Source: Tubulanus polymorphus
Taxonomy: Eukaryota; Animalia; Nemertea
Length of the DNA: 64,000 bases
Reading direction: 5' to 3'
Assembly (NCBI RefSeq): GCF_964204645.1
Contig: NC_134031.1
Location: 12,340,088 to 12,404,087, forward strand
Below the pieces are notes generated by a model that saw nothing but the letters and a program-made list of their open reading frames with translations, made no database searches and was not told the origin of the DNA. Shown here piece by piece: positions 49,283 to 62,346 of the stretch. A program made the position numbers and the translations under genes. Each line of letters opens with the position of its first letter. The stretch's first letter is position 1.

Positions 49283-52200
49283 TCATTGTACGCCTATTCT
49301 GGGATAGTTTCTTTGGCGGGTGTTACAATTATGAGTAAATGAATTTCTATTAAATATATCTAGGACCGGTGCCGGTAGTTTGGATTTGCAGAAGTTATAT
49401 GCAGTTTTTAACATTTCAAGATTGATTAGATCATATAGCTTTAATATTTTTAATGATTTGAATGCGGGGGACGATGGTGAGCAAATTGCTGAATTTTTTA
49501 TCAAACATACTGCTCTTTTTTGAAGGATGAATATTTTGTCCAGAGTAGATTTGGTAATTAGAGGAGCCCATAAGTTTAGGCAATATGTTAGATGGCTTTG
49601 GATATAACTGAAGTATAGGATTCTTTTGGTCCAGGTTGGAACAAAATTTTTTAGTGTTTTAATCATGTATAGATTTTAATTGATTTTGTTAATTACGGTT
49701 TGGGCATGTTCTTCAAAGGACAAATTTTTACTTATATCAAGACCAAGCAGATTGAAATTTTTAACATTTTTTACGGACTGATTGCCAAATTTCAGATTGA
49801 TTTCATTATGATTAACTTTAAATGAATAAGGCTTAAATAACATATATGCTGTTTTAGTAAGGTTGAGGGTAAGCTTATTGGCTTAAAACCAATCTATAAC
49901 ATCATTTAGGTCATTTTTCATATTAAAAACTAGAACTTTAAGATTTTTATTAGTAATAAATAGTGTACTGTCGTCCGCAAAGACAAGAGCTTTACAAATT
50001 TTTAAATTTAGGGTTTTTAAAGTTGTTGGTATAAATGATAAAAAGCAGAGGCCCTAATATTGAGCCCTGTGGTATTCCATAGTCAATGCTTCTCAACTCC
50101 AAATTATGATTTTTATATTGCACAAACATATTTCGATCTGTAAGATAGCTTTTAAACCAATCTAAAGCTATTCCACGAACGCCATAATAATTTAATTTTT
50201 TGATAAGAATATTAATATCGAATGAGTGAAAGCTTTAGAAAGATCTAAATATACACTTAGCATAAAATTCTTTGCATCAATACTATTAATAGCCTGACTC
50301 AAAAATTCAGTCAAAGCATGACTGGTTGAGTGATTGGCTCTAAATCCGTATTCGCTTTTATAGAGTAATTTATTTCTATTGAGAAAGTCGTAGAGTCTTT
50401 TATGTATGATCTTTTCCAGTACTTAAGATAAAACTGGTAGGAGGGATATCGGTCTATAATTATTGATGTCTTTTTTGTCTTAAGCTTTAACAAGAGCCCC
50501 AAGGGGCACAATGGCCAGCCTGTCAGATTTGCTTTTTATAAATGATGTAATCTGTGGGTTATATTTATCAATATACACTCCCTGCTCGATATCATTTACA
50601 GAGTAAAATCGTGTGTTAACACAGACAGCAGGAACGAATGTAATATAGAAATACTAAGTTATTGTATTGTGCAACGCCCCCTGGTGGCCATAAAAAACCA
50701 ATGAGCTTGAAACTCACCTCGATCATAGAACATGTCATGTGCTACAACTTTCCAATTGATTATAGTATCAAAATATGCTTAAGTATCAATTATGATGTGG
50801 AAAAACTTTTTTTCCACCTACGAATGAGTACTGATGACCCCAAGATGGCCGCCAAGTTTGTCATAATTGCCTGGTCAAAAATACCCTCTCGGATATAAAA
50901 GATCCCTTTCCAAAGAATACCCATTACATATTGCAATGAAACATGGCGCACCATTAGAAAGCTACAGTACTCAGAATTCAGGCCAAAATTGACATTTTTG
51001 GGAACAAAAAAGGTCACAGTACGGCCATCTTGAGTCCGATCGACTCAATTTTTCTCATGCCGATGGGCCCTCGGGGGATACAAATATATACGAATGATCA
51101 AGGTTATTGATAAAAGTGTCTTCAAAATTTCCCTCGAAAACTTCAAAAATGTGTAAAAAGTGCTGATTTTGGCGAACAACAATGGCTGCCAGTCGGCCAT
51201 CTTGAATCTGACAGGGCCAGTTTTTGGCCTGAAGATGTGTCTAGGGTAGATACACGTATAAAACAAATATCAAGACATTATCTTGAAGCGTCTTCAAAAC
51301 TTTGGAACTCTCACGAACTATCTAGATGGTTATCTCTCGACCTCAATAGCTTCAAGACCCATCTCAAAACAACTTTGTTCCATGCAGCATACCATTAACT
51401 CTCGGAAAGCGAATTGTATTTAACATTTTTTGGCAGAATAAAATTTGATTGAATTTGCAATTCGGGCACATGGCTAATTAGCATATCAAGGTCATACACC
51501 CGATTTGGTAAAACCTTTTTTTCGCGAACCTTGCGCAATTGTCAAGGATGAATTTTCTGTAGAGCAAATAAAAATTCCTCCCAAACACCAAATCAACTAA
51601 AGATTTCATAGAAATCGATCTTGAAATACAATTTTAAATCTTAAAATAAAACCTGGAAGTAAAACAGTAGACGATACCGCGGATTCACGCGAACACCTGA
51701 TTTCTGTAAACGAAATGTTGGTTGTGACAAAATTGTTCAGACGGTTTTAGGTGGTAATAAGTACGGAAACGTAACGACCATGGTCGACTTATTCGATGAA
51801 ATCAGGCCTATGTGATATCCAAATTTCGACTTTTTTATTCTCCAGACCTCCCTGATATAGAAATAAAAAAATTTGGTGGTACGAAAGTGCAATCACAGCG
51901 CCGACGGGGACAGAGCCGTGTCAGAGATCGGCGGAGTGAAAATTGAGGTGGACGAACACGAAGAAGTAGGCTATTGCGCTACTTGAATCACGAAAACTCC
52001 TGGCGCGGCCCCGACGCTTTTCGTTGATTAAGTAATACAAATATCATGCAATGGGTTTTCACAATCTACCACTGGTATTTACCGGATTTCAATATCACTC
52101 CAAAATTCAAAGAAACCTCAAAATATCGAACCGGAACACTTCCGGTACTGTAGATATCCGCGGCTGCCCAACCGGGAAACTTATTTGTTTCAATAGATAT

Positions 52201-54420
52201 TGATAGGATCCATCATCTTCACCCGTCAAGGGATTCGAACCCACTAAGCTAAAGCCATGCCAGAATCGGGTCGGGCCAATCACAGCGCTTGTAACAAACC
52301 ACATTAGGCTTCTGTGGAATTTCCCAGTAAATGGGCCAATCAGCGAACACGTAGCGAACGCGGAAGTATTGTCGCGTGTTGATACATGACGTCATGCGCA
52401 AAAGCGCCAGTAATGAAATCGCGATAATTCACGTGAACAGCTGCTGATATTTTCAGATAAACCAATCACAGGGAAGACACAACTTCCTGATTGGCTGATA
52501 AAAATTGAAATTTTCCCGATTTAACTTTCGTGAAAAATGCAGAAAACATTTTTATGAGACCCTATTTCAAAATTCTGCTCGCTACGATTCCGAGAATGGA
52601 TTACGCTTAAATACGTGATTTGTTCGAATATGCCCTCACTTGGCAAGCAAAAGAGCCTTTTGTGTGGAAACCATGTCATTTAAATTCGCTCCATTTGTAT
52701 AGTAATAGGCTCAGCCTACGGCTGGCCTAAAAATAGGTACAACTTTAGCGGTTTTCATATTTGTGGGGAAGTGACCTTCGCTCATCGACTTTTTGAATAC
52801 AATTGCTAAAGGTATAGAAATCTCATGGGCAATTGATTTATTTAGTATGTTATTCAAATCATCATGACCACAGCTAGTTTTGTAAGGTAGACTATTTATG
52901 AAAGTTTGAACTTCTTTTTGGTCTGTAGGAAAAAGAAATATTGAGTTATTGTTAGATCGCTTTAAGTATACATCATAATTATTGGTAGGGTTCTGTATTT
53001 TTGAGGCAAATGATTTTCCAACTGTACTGAAAAAATCATTGAAAGAGTTACATATTTCTACAGGATCACACATTACTTTTCCTTTAATTATGAAATTACT
53101 AGAAGTTACACATGTTTTATCATTTTGCTTACCTATGACTGTTTTCAAAAAACTCCATAGCTTTCTTGCATTATTTTCAAATGATAAAATTTTGTCAGCG
53201 TAGTAGGTTTACTTAGCCCTACATTTTATATAATCTAAGTTGTTCCGATAATTTAAGTAGTTTACACATCGTGGGTGAGTTTTCTCAAGTCCTATTACTT
53301 TTTTATACATTTTATCTTTAGTGCGCGAAGCTATACAAAGGCCTTTAGTCATCCAAGGTTCATTAATGTTAGGTTTTCTAGTGGTTTTAAGTTTGCAAGG
53401 AGATACGTTTTACATTTTGGACAACAAAATCATAACCGGCTTCACAGTTTAATTCTTGCTGAGTGTTCCAATTTATGTTAGACAATTTTTGTTTTATTTT
53501 GACGACATTTGCATCAGATAAATCTCTATAATAAAACTGTTCATTGACTACTTTGGTTGTAAGCTTTTGTGTATCAATTGTAATGAGGCACGCAAAATGA
53601 TCAGATACATGATCAGTAAGAATGTAGCTTTCATAATTATTGAACTCTGAACTAATATATGTTATCTAATAAAGTTGCTGTTTTAGAAGTTACTCTAGTT
53701 GGTCTTATGATAGTTGGTAATAAGTTATGACTAAGATTTGAATTTAAAAATTCCGCAGTGTTTTTATGCTGATTAATCTTAATTAAGTCAAGATTCTGGT
53801 CCATGCCTAATATAGCGAGTTTATTTTCTCGACTTATTGCTTCAAGCAAGTTGTTATAGTCGATCAGGAATTCCATTTCACTTTGTCCTGGGATTCTATA
53901 GATCTCACCTAGTATTATATTTTTTGAATTTATTCCTTTTATTTCAAGGATACACGATTCAAACTGTCCTTCTTTAAAAATTGATAGATCACCTCGAATC
54001 TTAAAATCGATTTCATCATTTGTATAGATTGCAACTCCTCCTCGAATTAGATTGGTGCGGTGCCTTTCTACAAAATTGTATCCTGGTATATTATAGAGAT
54101 CAAAATTTACATCGTTTAGAAATGTCTCCCATAACATTATTACATCTATTTCATAATTGCATTGTCGGCAGCTTTTGATTACATTTTCTAGTTCATCTAG
54201 TTTAGACGGTAAATTATGAATATTCAAATGAAGTACATTAAGACTACCTATACAGTCATATTGCCCGAGCTCTGATGATTCAACGTAAGGACACAATTTT
54301 TCAAACATTTTAAAATCATCATCAATTAACCTTGAAAAATCAAATACTTCATCATTATAAATTTTCTCCAATCTTGTCGACATATCCATGTTACCTAGAC
54401 ACATATTTATCAAAAAGGTC
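49283..54420 (-). mobile_element. CR1/L2-group LINE ORF2 pseudogene interrupted by a HINE
   Basis: APE endonuclease (HLNI..L, ETFL, GGVAIY, PTRVT..TATLLDNIY). AKVVPIF|..NNYRPISLLP is split at 52728/50488. RT GIPQGSILGP and FADDS. Confidence 0.9.
50489..52727. mobile_element. HINE family C, copy 2, carrying an internal family A segment (50640-51300)
   Basis: Termini as in copy 1. Inserted in an A/T run of the LINE with no TSD. Confidence 0.72.
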
Positions 54421-55581
54421 TAAGCAGGCTAGTACTCCAATGAAAGGATGAGTAAATGATAACATGATGGATGGATAAACATTTAATAACATTTCTAAGT
54501 TTATGTTGGGGTACTCAACAACCTGAATGTTTTGAATCTTGAGTTGGATATCATATTGTTATGGAATGCAGGAGTTCTACAAGGGATATATTTTCTGGGA
54601 ATTCACGGCGATAAAATGTATAGAAAACTGTTCACAGATAAGATATTGTATTATACGAAAACATTTCAAGATTAAGCCCGTTTGATTTTGGCAGGATCGT
54701 CCACAATTTCTTTATCATGGAACTATGTACAAACATTATAAGTGTAGTATAGAAGCCATTTACAACATATGCAATATAGATCACACCTAAAACAAAAATA
54801 GAGCCCAAAAAAGATAACTACGGGTGATTTTTAACTTAGAACATGTAAAACTCACAGGCTTCTGCACCGCCCATTTACCCAGCATTCCCCGCCATAAAGT
54901 ACACTGGTAAGCGCTTCTCCTAAAAGGTGGCGCTACAAACAAGGAAGTGAAATTGACATGTAAACAAACCAAGAAAATGACATTTTAGTAAGATTCCGAG
55001 GATTTTTGAGTATTTGCAGCTACTGTTTTTGTGAAATGAATATTTAATGTTCGAAACTGACCACCGGTTTTGCCCAAAAATGACAAAGTAATGACATAAG
55101 TAGGCCGAAAAATGAAATTTTCATTTCATACACACTGAAGAGTCTCGTGTGTATTTCATATATTTTCTTCTGCTGGAGAGGCAAAACACTGAATGATTAG
55201 ATTATGACCAATCATCAATCAACAATCCGACATTATTAGGGTTTCTGCTGCTTTGGCAGAAACCCTCTTGTAATTCTGTTGATTATTATTATTATCATAA
55301 TTTACTTCTTTCAAGCCAAAATTTTTTCATAACATGTAACTCCTCTCAGATTCGACCACTAACAGCTTATAAACGTAATTTTCATTTCTGTCAGAAATAT
55401 AACTCAGTGCCTGACCATATCGAATTTGCGTATAGTAATTTATTATGGATTAATCCCGTATAATTACCGGGTCTAAACAGCGACAAGAATAACGCAAAGC
55501 ATTGTCACCCATTGATAAAAGTACATCCCGAAAAGCCTCGAGCGTCATTTAAGGTCTTTTCCTTGAATCAAGCCGAGGGCT

Positions 55582-57820
55582 CAGGTGGCTAAAATTCAAT
55601 TCCTTACTGTCTTCATTCCTCAATGCCGAGTACAACGGAGTTTACACACTGAAAAACGTTGCGCTGTGTAAGTGTAATTTGGATAAGTCAGCAATATAAT
55701 GATGGCCCTGCCCCACGCGCTCCATCTAAGACATAAACAAGTCGGACTGTATTGCTTCGATGCTTTGACAAATGGACTCCTAATATCCACATATGCAGCA
55801 TAATGTTGACCCAGGTTGCGCTTCTTGGCAATAGTCATATGTTATGGGCTAGAATTATTTCGATGAAATCTTCGTACGCTTCCCAGTTCGACATATGAAC
55901 CAATTGGCCAGTAAAACCGTTATCACTGCTATGCAGCTATATTTTAAAATTTTTTTTGACATTTCTTGATGGAAATACTCTTTATTTATTCATTTAATGA
56001 AGACTTGTTTTTATGTCTTTTTCTGATGCTGAATTGATACTCTCGGGTAAGATATTATTTTTGTTTTAGTTTAGTTGAACTTTAGTAGGCCCATATTTGA
56101 TTTTAAGGATAATAATTTTACCTTATTTCTCGATACTTTTTTACTGAGTGTAATTAACTTTATCTAGGGCCTAAGTGTATAAAATCTTCTTATCATCACT
56201 GATCAATCCGATTGATAGGTCAGGTTGCACTTGCACTAGCTATGCAACGAAAGAGATAGGCCAATTGAATACCAAGAAACCAAGAGTTTTATATGATTTT
56301 TTATTTTCATTTACAGGATTTGGTTGATCTGAATCCAAGTAATGCCGTGTTCACATTGACCCAGTTACCAAAGGATCATCTAGTCAAAATATGTACACCA
56401 GCTGATCCGATCGAAGAGAATCATTATCCATCATTCATCCCCCTCCTGAACTTAACGATAAGGAAAATACCACCCTTCTTTACAATTCAACGACGAAAAA
56501 GGGAAAAGAAATAATGCAGGTGGAAATAGTCGATGGCCAAAATGTTCATCTGCTAGGTATTAGATCACAGCTTGGTGGAACCGCAGATGTACATGACAAT
56601 ATCGCCACTGAAGAACTTTCAGATTACGATCCAGAAATAAGTCGCAAAATTTCAAATACCATGTCAGATAGAGTGATTGTCAACGCTGCCATCGAAAGAA
56701 AATTAGCGGAGAACTATCTGAATCGAAATAACAACAACTTTAAGTGTGCGACTCATCCAATCGATTCATTTGCCAGTGACTGTAACAGATATGGGCCAAA
56801 GCTATTTGTTAAGTCGCCAGAGAGCCGAGTAAACTGTGTTGTACGTAAGATCAGTGATTTATTTCGCAATGATAAAACCGGTTCATGCCAGCTTCTAACA
56901 CAACAACTCAAGTCAGATTTTCCGGGTAATGAAAAGATTCAACAGTTTTTGCCTCGATACGTAGGAAACCGATTCAATAGCCTTTTCTACACTGGTGGCT
57001 TAATATCCCACTATCAAGATAATTTTTCAGAACCAAATACGGAAACGCTGGAGAACTCTACAGCGCACTTCAAAACCCTGCAAAACCCTTCGATTGCCGC
57101 ATCTCTTCGATCACTAGGGATCATTTCTACTTATAAAACAGGACCATGGCAGGCAATTACTCTCACTTGATCCAACTGGCCTGATTAATGGTGCAATGCA
57201 CAATGACGTTTTTGGTCGTAGTATATCACATACTAACATTTTCTGATCCCTAGTATCAGCGTCTACGCTTGATATTGAAACTATAGCCATTCTGAAAAAC
57301 ATGATTGTTATCATCCGTTAAGTTATTTTACGACGGATGTCTGATCATTACCTGGTGGGATATTTTCAAACCCAAGTCAGAATCTTCTGGAAGAAGCTGC
57401 TTCATGTCCAGCTAATAATCTCAGCATGGAACGCCATTTTGCAGTGACAGATTCTATCATAACAAGAAATTCTAACATCACAACAGAAAAAGTCGAATCC
57501 ATGTATAAATAAGGTAATGTATAAAGCCAACAAGACTGGGCAATGGTTGAAAAATCTTCGAAAGAAGATCCGTGTCATTACATTAGGACGTCATTATCAT
57601 ATAGTGCCATCACTAAACAAAAAGAAATACTAAGAAGAAAGCTTTATGTCATTAATGTAAAAAACTAACGCAAACTTACTCCCAGAGATTTAAAGGAACG
57701 CTAAAGATGATAATGGGTGTTTGAAATCAAATTTCTCGCAGCTGTTTTAACAGGAGCCTAGCGAAATTTCGCTGATAGCATTTTATTTTAGTGCAAAGCC
57801 ATTGCAATAGACAGCCCCTG
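55582..57820 (+). mobile_element. Divergent hAT-like DNA transposon remnant with a candidate 5-bp TSD
   Basis: Transposase pieces NTMSDR, CATH (CxxH), YVGNRFNSLF, LGII..TGPW, NNLSMERHF. CAGG...CCTG ends each flanked by GGGCT; TIR match is loose. Confidence 0.55.
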
Positions 57821-58379
57821 GGGCTGGATATAACAATATCACAAATCTGCGTTGCGCACGGGATACTTGTCTAATAGCCTAAATTTCGAGAATAATTCTA
57901 AAATTATAACTTCGTCCTGAGTGTCATCTCTGTGTTCAAAATGAAACAGTACATTGTATATATGCATGCTTTTACGTTACCAGCTTTAATATAGTCACTA
58001 AAAATGAATGGCAGCTTATTGCAACACTGCCAGTTTCCTGGTAAACTTAAACTAGGCCACACGTCAAGGCATGTTTTCACACGATGCACACTTGACTTCA
58101 AACATACGCAGCTCATACAATGGCAGTGGGTCGGTCGGTCGGCCGTTTTTATCAAAAATATAATTTATTTCAATGAATCCCAGGAAAAAGTTTTCACTCG
58201 GTACCTTTGAAGTCGGGTTGGTCGGGTAACGGCAAACAGACCATCATTTTGGGATGGCCTTAATTAGTCTCTACGGATTTCGAAAATAGCATTTGATAAG
58301 GTACTACATCAGCGATTACTAAACAAGTTATTAGGAAATGGTATCAATGATCATGGGTCGCTTAAATGGCTCAGCAGTT

Positions 58380-58495
58380 TTCTCCGAACGAATAAAGGTG
58401 GCCGAAATCAACAGAACTGTCTCAGCTTGGCAAGAAGGTCTAACCAGAGGAGTAAGGCAAGGTAGTATCCTAAGTCGCCTTCCCTTCACTGACAA
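58380..58495 (+). pseudogene. LINE RT fragment
   Basis: RGVRQGSILS motif. Confidence 0.55.
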
Positions 58496-58864
58496 ATGAT
58501 ATAGAGCTCAGTTGTCAAATGATATACAGCTCTAAATGTCCTTCTTGGATCAAGGCAGAAAAAAAATTCGAAATGAATATGAAAACTTTCCAATTAGCTG
58601 CTGACAGTGATTCTGAATCGAATCCAGCAGGTTCATTGACTAGACGTTTGATATTTTCAGACACTTGTCTCGTGATTTATAGCGAAAAGGTCCATAATTT
58701 CTTGTTGACGAGAGAAGACATCCATCTCAGTCGCTAAAGTTAACTAATTTGCTATCTCAAATAGATTCTTAAGACCTGAGACTGGTTTGGAATGTTGTCC
58801 AAAATTATGAAGTTTGCATTAATTTGTTAATCAATATTGGGAGCAACATACCAGTAAGTAGTAC

Positions 58865-58912
58865 TGTAGTAAGGGTATCTGCATATGTTCTCCGATTCAT
58901 TCACAATTTACT
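58865..58912 (+). pseudogene. Tiny BEL/Pao pol fragment
   Basis: VVRVSAYVLRFIHNL, same motif as LRIMAYVLRFV in the intact BEL. Confidence 0.5.
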
Positions 58913-59052
58913 TCCAAAGAAATGAAATCATAGTTTCGATTAATTTTCAGTATCATGAGATTGAAATTTCAGGCTTATGGCTCCCATGACTCAATTGACC
59001 TTAGTAATTGGTTGATGAATTATACAAATCCGTATGCCTAAGTGAGGCAGAT

Positions 59053-60218
59053 CTACGAGCAGTCAACAGGAGGAGGCTAGGCCTATATTCCTGTACACAC
59101 GATCAGTAATGCTGTCAATAAAACTGTTGCCACATGCTATTTGATGATCAGCTATTTCTGTCTGATTTCGGAGTTTTCTCTGTGACGTATTCACGTGGGC
59201 AGACATGGATAAAATGAGCAGACCATAGAATAATATCATAACTCATATACAAATTACAAAATCAAGTATTTTCATCGTCCGAAAAGTAATTTTCATCTTT
59301 TAAAAATGTATAACGGAGGTAACTTCTCCTCCGTAAAGAGAACACTGCGGCACCCGAAATTCAGGCAAACACATATCTTTGAAAATAATCTAATATTTCA
59401 ACGTTGTGTATATGTATTCATTGAAATAATTCTTTTTTGGTTTATTTCTTTTTCAATTTTCGAGATTAGTATTTGTTTAGTTCACCAACAAAACATTCGA
59501 TGAAATCACAAAAAATTGGAAAGAATGACTGCGTTTCATGCAACTTCTTTATCGATGAAAAACTGAAGAGTTTCTAAGATTTTTTTCTGGAATTCTGTGT
59601 TTTCATATGGTAAATAAATAGTGCCCTCGTAATTTCTTATTGATTTATGTTAAAAGGAAATCAACTTTTTACCTATATGATCAGCGTTTCTACAAAAGTA
59701 AGTCAAAATGAGGAATTTGATGATCGGCCATATTATAGGGTGAATACATCGTATTTTTTAAAGTTTTTGGGGGCATTTCAGCCAATTTCCGCATAATTCA
59801 GCATTCATCAGAATGTAATCCAGGCGTTCATCAACACTCCACCTACTCAAAGCTGGACATTTTATTCACAGGAACTGTCAGAAACATACAAAATATGTGA
59901 TTTATGAAATGAATTTATTGCTGAACATACTAAAAATCTCGTGAGATGCAATGATATCGTAAAAATCTTGATTATCAACCGATTTTCAAATGTTTTTGAC
60001 CAGTTGTGGATTTCATACGCACAGTCATTGCGTCTGTTGGCTACTTCATATCAAAAACTACCTCAAAGAATGCTTTTAGAATCAATGCGCAGAGCAGCTA
60101 TCCAGCGATGGTGAATCCAACAAACGTTGACTGTATGATTGACAGCGTTACTGATCATATCAGTGCGTAACACACTGATTTAGGCCGAGCTTCCTCCTGT
60201 TGAGATGATTGCTCGTAG
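59053..60218. mobile_element. Non-coding TIR element with a 7-bp TSD
   Basis: ctacgagca..caacaggaggaggctaggccta is inverted to taggccgagcttcctcctgttg..tgctcgtag. GGCAGAT at 59046-59052 and 60219-60225. Confidence 0.75.
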
Positions 60219-61080
60219 GGCAGATGCACTCAGCGAATCTTTACGAATGTTTCTAACATCGGGCAACGCGATAATCATACAAGAGGTCGATGGACCTTGA
60301 GACTATGTCGAGATTATCGGAAGTTCCAGTTTGGGAAAAGGAACAAGTCCCGCCTCGCCGGGCAGGCTTGGTCAATGTAGCCAGGGAAGTGTGATGAGAT
60401 GGAATACGGACGCTTTTAATTGCCGGATGTAGGCTATTCAATTCAGCCCGTACATCAAAGGTTACCGCAACAGCAGTAAGCTACGCTTATCGAGTGTGTG
60501 TTACCAGCTGAACACCAGTCAACATCAACTTTGATTCGGTCGCAGAACAACCCGCAATAGTTTTAGCCCGATAAATGTTCTGCGATCGATACTACGCATG
60601 CGCACTGCAGTTCATTGAACAACGTGGAAGTGGCTGTGTATACACATATTTTTCTTTAGAAAATCGGTTGAAATTCAACAATTTCTCGTAAAATTTGTCC
60701 AAAAAGTATTTTTATTCTTCTATATCTCCGAAACCCGGTATCGGAACATTAAGTATTTATATCGTGATTAAAGTCTGTTTTTATGTGTTAAACATATGTT
60801 TTTGCCAGTTCGTTCCGATTCCGGGTTTAGCGTTATTTGGGCCTTGAAGATGTCAAATATTTCGGCCCAGACTCGCGCAGCTTTCGTTTCTGACGTCATG
60901 TTGCTATGTTACGACACAAACATATACACGAAGTATGATCTTTAAAATGTGTATTTACTACATAATAATGTTACTTAATAACGCTTACATTAGGCCTACA
61001 AATTATTGTCCCCCATATAAACCAAGTTGCCTAAATAGCATCAGCAATCTCATTTGATTAACCTTTTCTTGTTTTTAGTC

Positions 61081-61290
61081 ATGGATCTTTGTCGATTGTG
61101 TGGAAAAAATGCGAAACCTCTGGATCGTCGTCCTATCGATAAAAATAATTTCGAAAGCCATGTGAAGGAGTTGTTCAACATTGATTTTGATGATGATACT
61201 GAACAGTACCCGATATATATCTGTAATATGTGTCGTGTCAAATTACAATATGGCGTAAGAACAAAAACGTTAAAAAAACTGTCCCTGTGA
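61081..61290 (+). pseudogene. 5' stub encoding a CxxC...CxxC Zn-binding domain of Chapaev/RAG1-N-terminal/ZAD type
   Basis: MDLCRLCGK...FESHVKELFNIDFDDDTEQYPIYICNMCRVKL. Confidence 0.6.
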
Positions 61291-61622
61291 CTATCAAATT
61301 AAAACAATGGACATGTAAACCACTGGTTAATTCCAAGTCTGGACGGCGACGTATTTGTAGTCCAAATTTTATCGATCGATTTTCCATAATGTACTGCTGC
61401 CATTCCATTTGAACTGAATTTAAATACTCGATGGTCAATCACTTCAGTCATAGCCTTTTCCAAATATATAGTGTTCCTGCGAAAATAATAATAATGATTA
61501 TTATTTTAACATGTACTTATCTGGATTTTTTATATTATGTTTATATATTATTTTCTGTATTCGTTTATTATTTTATAACCTAAAAGGATTGTATTGATTA
61601 TAAAAATAAATGTAAAAAATAC

Positions 61623-61913
61623 CTGTATGTGTGTTTTCTCGTGTTCAGATCGCAGTCTCTGGTCAGCTGAGCCTGAGAAGTACCTATATGAAAAAGAAAA
61701 GGAAAGAATAAAGTGCCTGCAATTAGGTGGAAACTATTCCGATATTTCATTGATTCAAAAGGAATAACACTCACTAGAATCGGCCGAATTAGTTGATCCT
61801 GATCCAGAGGATTCCCGTAATATTTCCGTATCGATCTGAACCAATTCGTCACTATCAAAGAATAGATCGTCAAAATCGTCATCATTTATAATTTCGTTGA
61901 CAACCGTTGCCAT
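61623..61913 (-). pseudogene. 5' stub of an unknown spliced gene (exons 61775-61913 and 61623-61683) with an acidic N-terminus
   Basis: aaaATGG start, GT-AG intron of 91 nt with a polypyrimidine tract, in-frame MATVVNEIINDDDFDDLFFDSDELVQID...SSTSQAQLTRDCDLNTRKHTY. Confidence 0.5.
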
Positions 61914-61939
61914 TTTAATACAGCGGAAAGGACCGATAT

Positions 61940-62346
61940 CACGATTGATAAAACACTATATCCGTCTGAAGCGATGTAGAGAGAATCCCACAATGATAAC
62001 GAAAAAGTCCAATTAAAAATGTTAGTAGTTTATTCAACGTTTCGTCTATGTCCTAATAGTCATCTTCAGAAATAATGAATACTACAGAAATTATGAGAGA
62101 TATATACAATCCAGAGACAAAGAGACCAATTCAAGTAACCAGAGATGATACTAACTAAAGGAAAATTAACGTAGAAACAGTTACACGCTAAAACAGATTA
62201 AAGAGAAGCAGTTAAGAGACAAACTAGGGGGCACTTAAATTTAAGACAATTGTGAATACAAGTTGATCGACTAAAATTGATGAGGGGAAATCAGGTGTTG
62301 AGTTTAACCAGTTTAATTTTTATATAAGTTTATTATGGGATGAAAA
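61940..62346 (-). mobile_element. Short copy of the same Penelope-like family as 21598-22542, with a hammerhead at about 62031-62075
   Basis: Shared pLTR and 3' tail; flanked by ACCGATAT at 61932-61939 and 62347-62354. Confidence 0.85.

Noticed and set aside
52215-52270. tRNA gene (GGTTCGAATCC on the minus strand)
   Set aside because: Only a B-box/T-arm is present and no full cloverleaf; probably a SINE remnant.
58120-58262. gtcgggtaacggcaaac...ggcc end as the terminus of the 56-57 kb transposase
   Set aside because: No matching left end was found. It looks like an orphan end from a different family.
61623-61683. Possible upstream SMG8 exon (one frame ends in phase 0)
   Set aside because: No SMG8 similarity. 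It splices in another frame to a local ATG exon and lies inside a TIR element.
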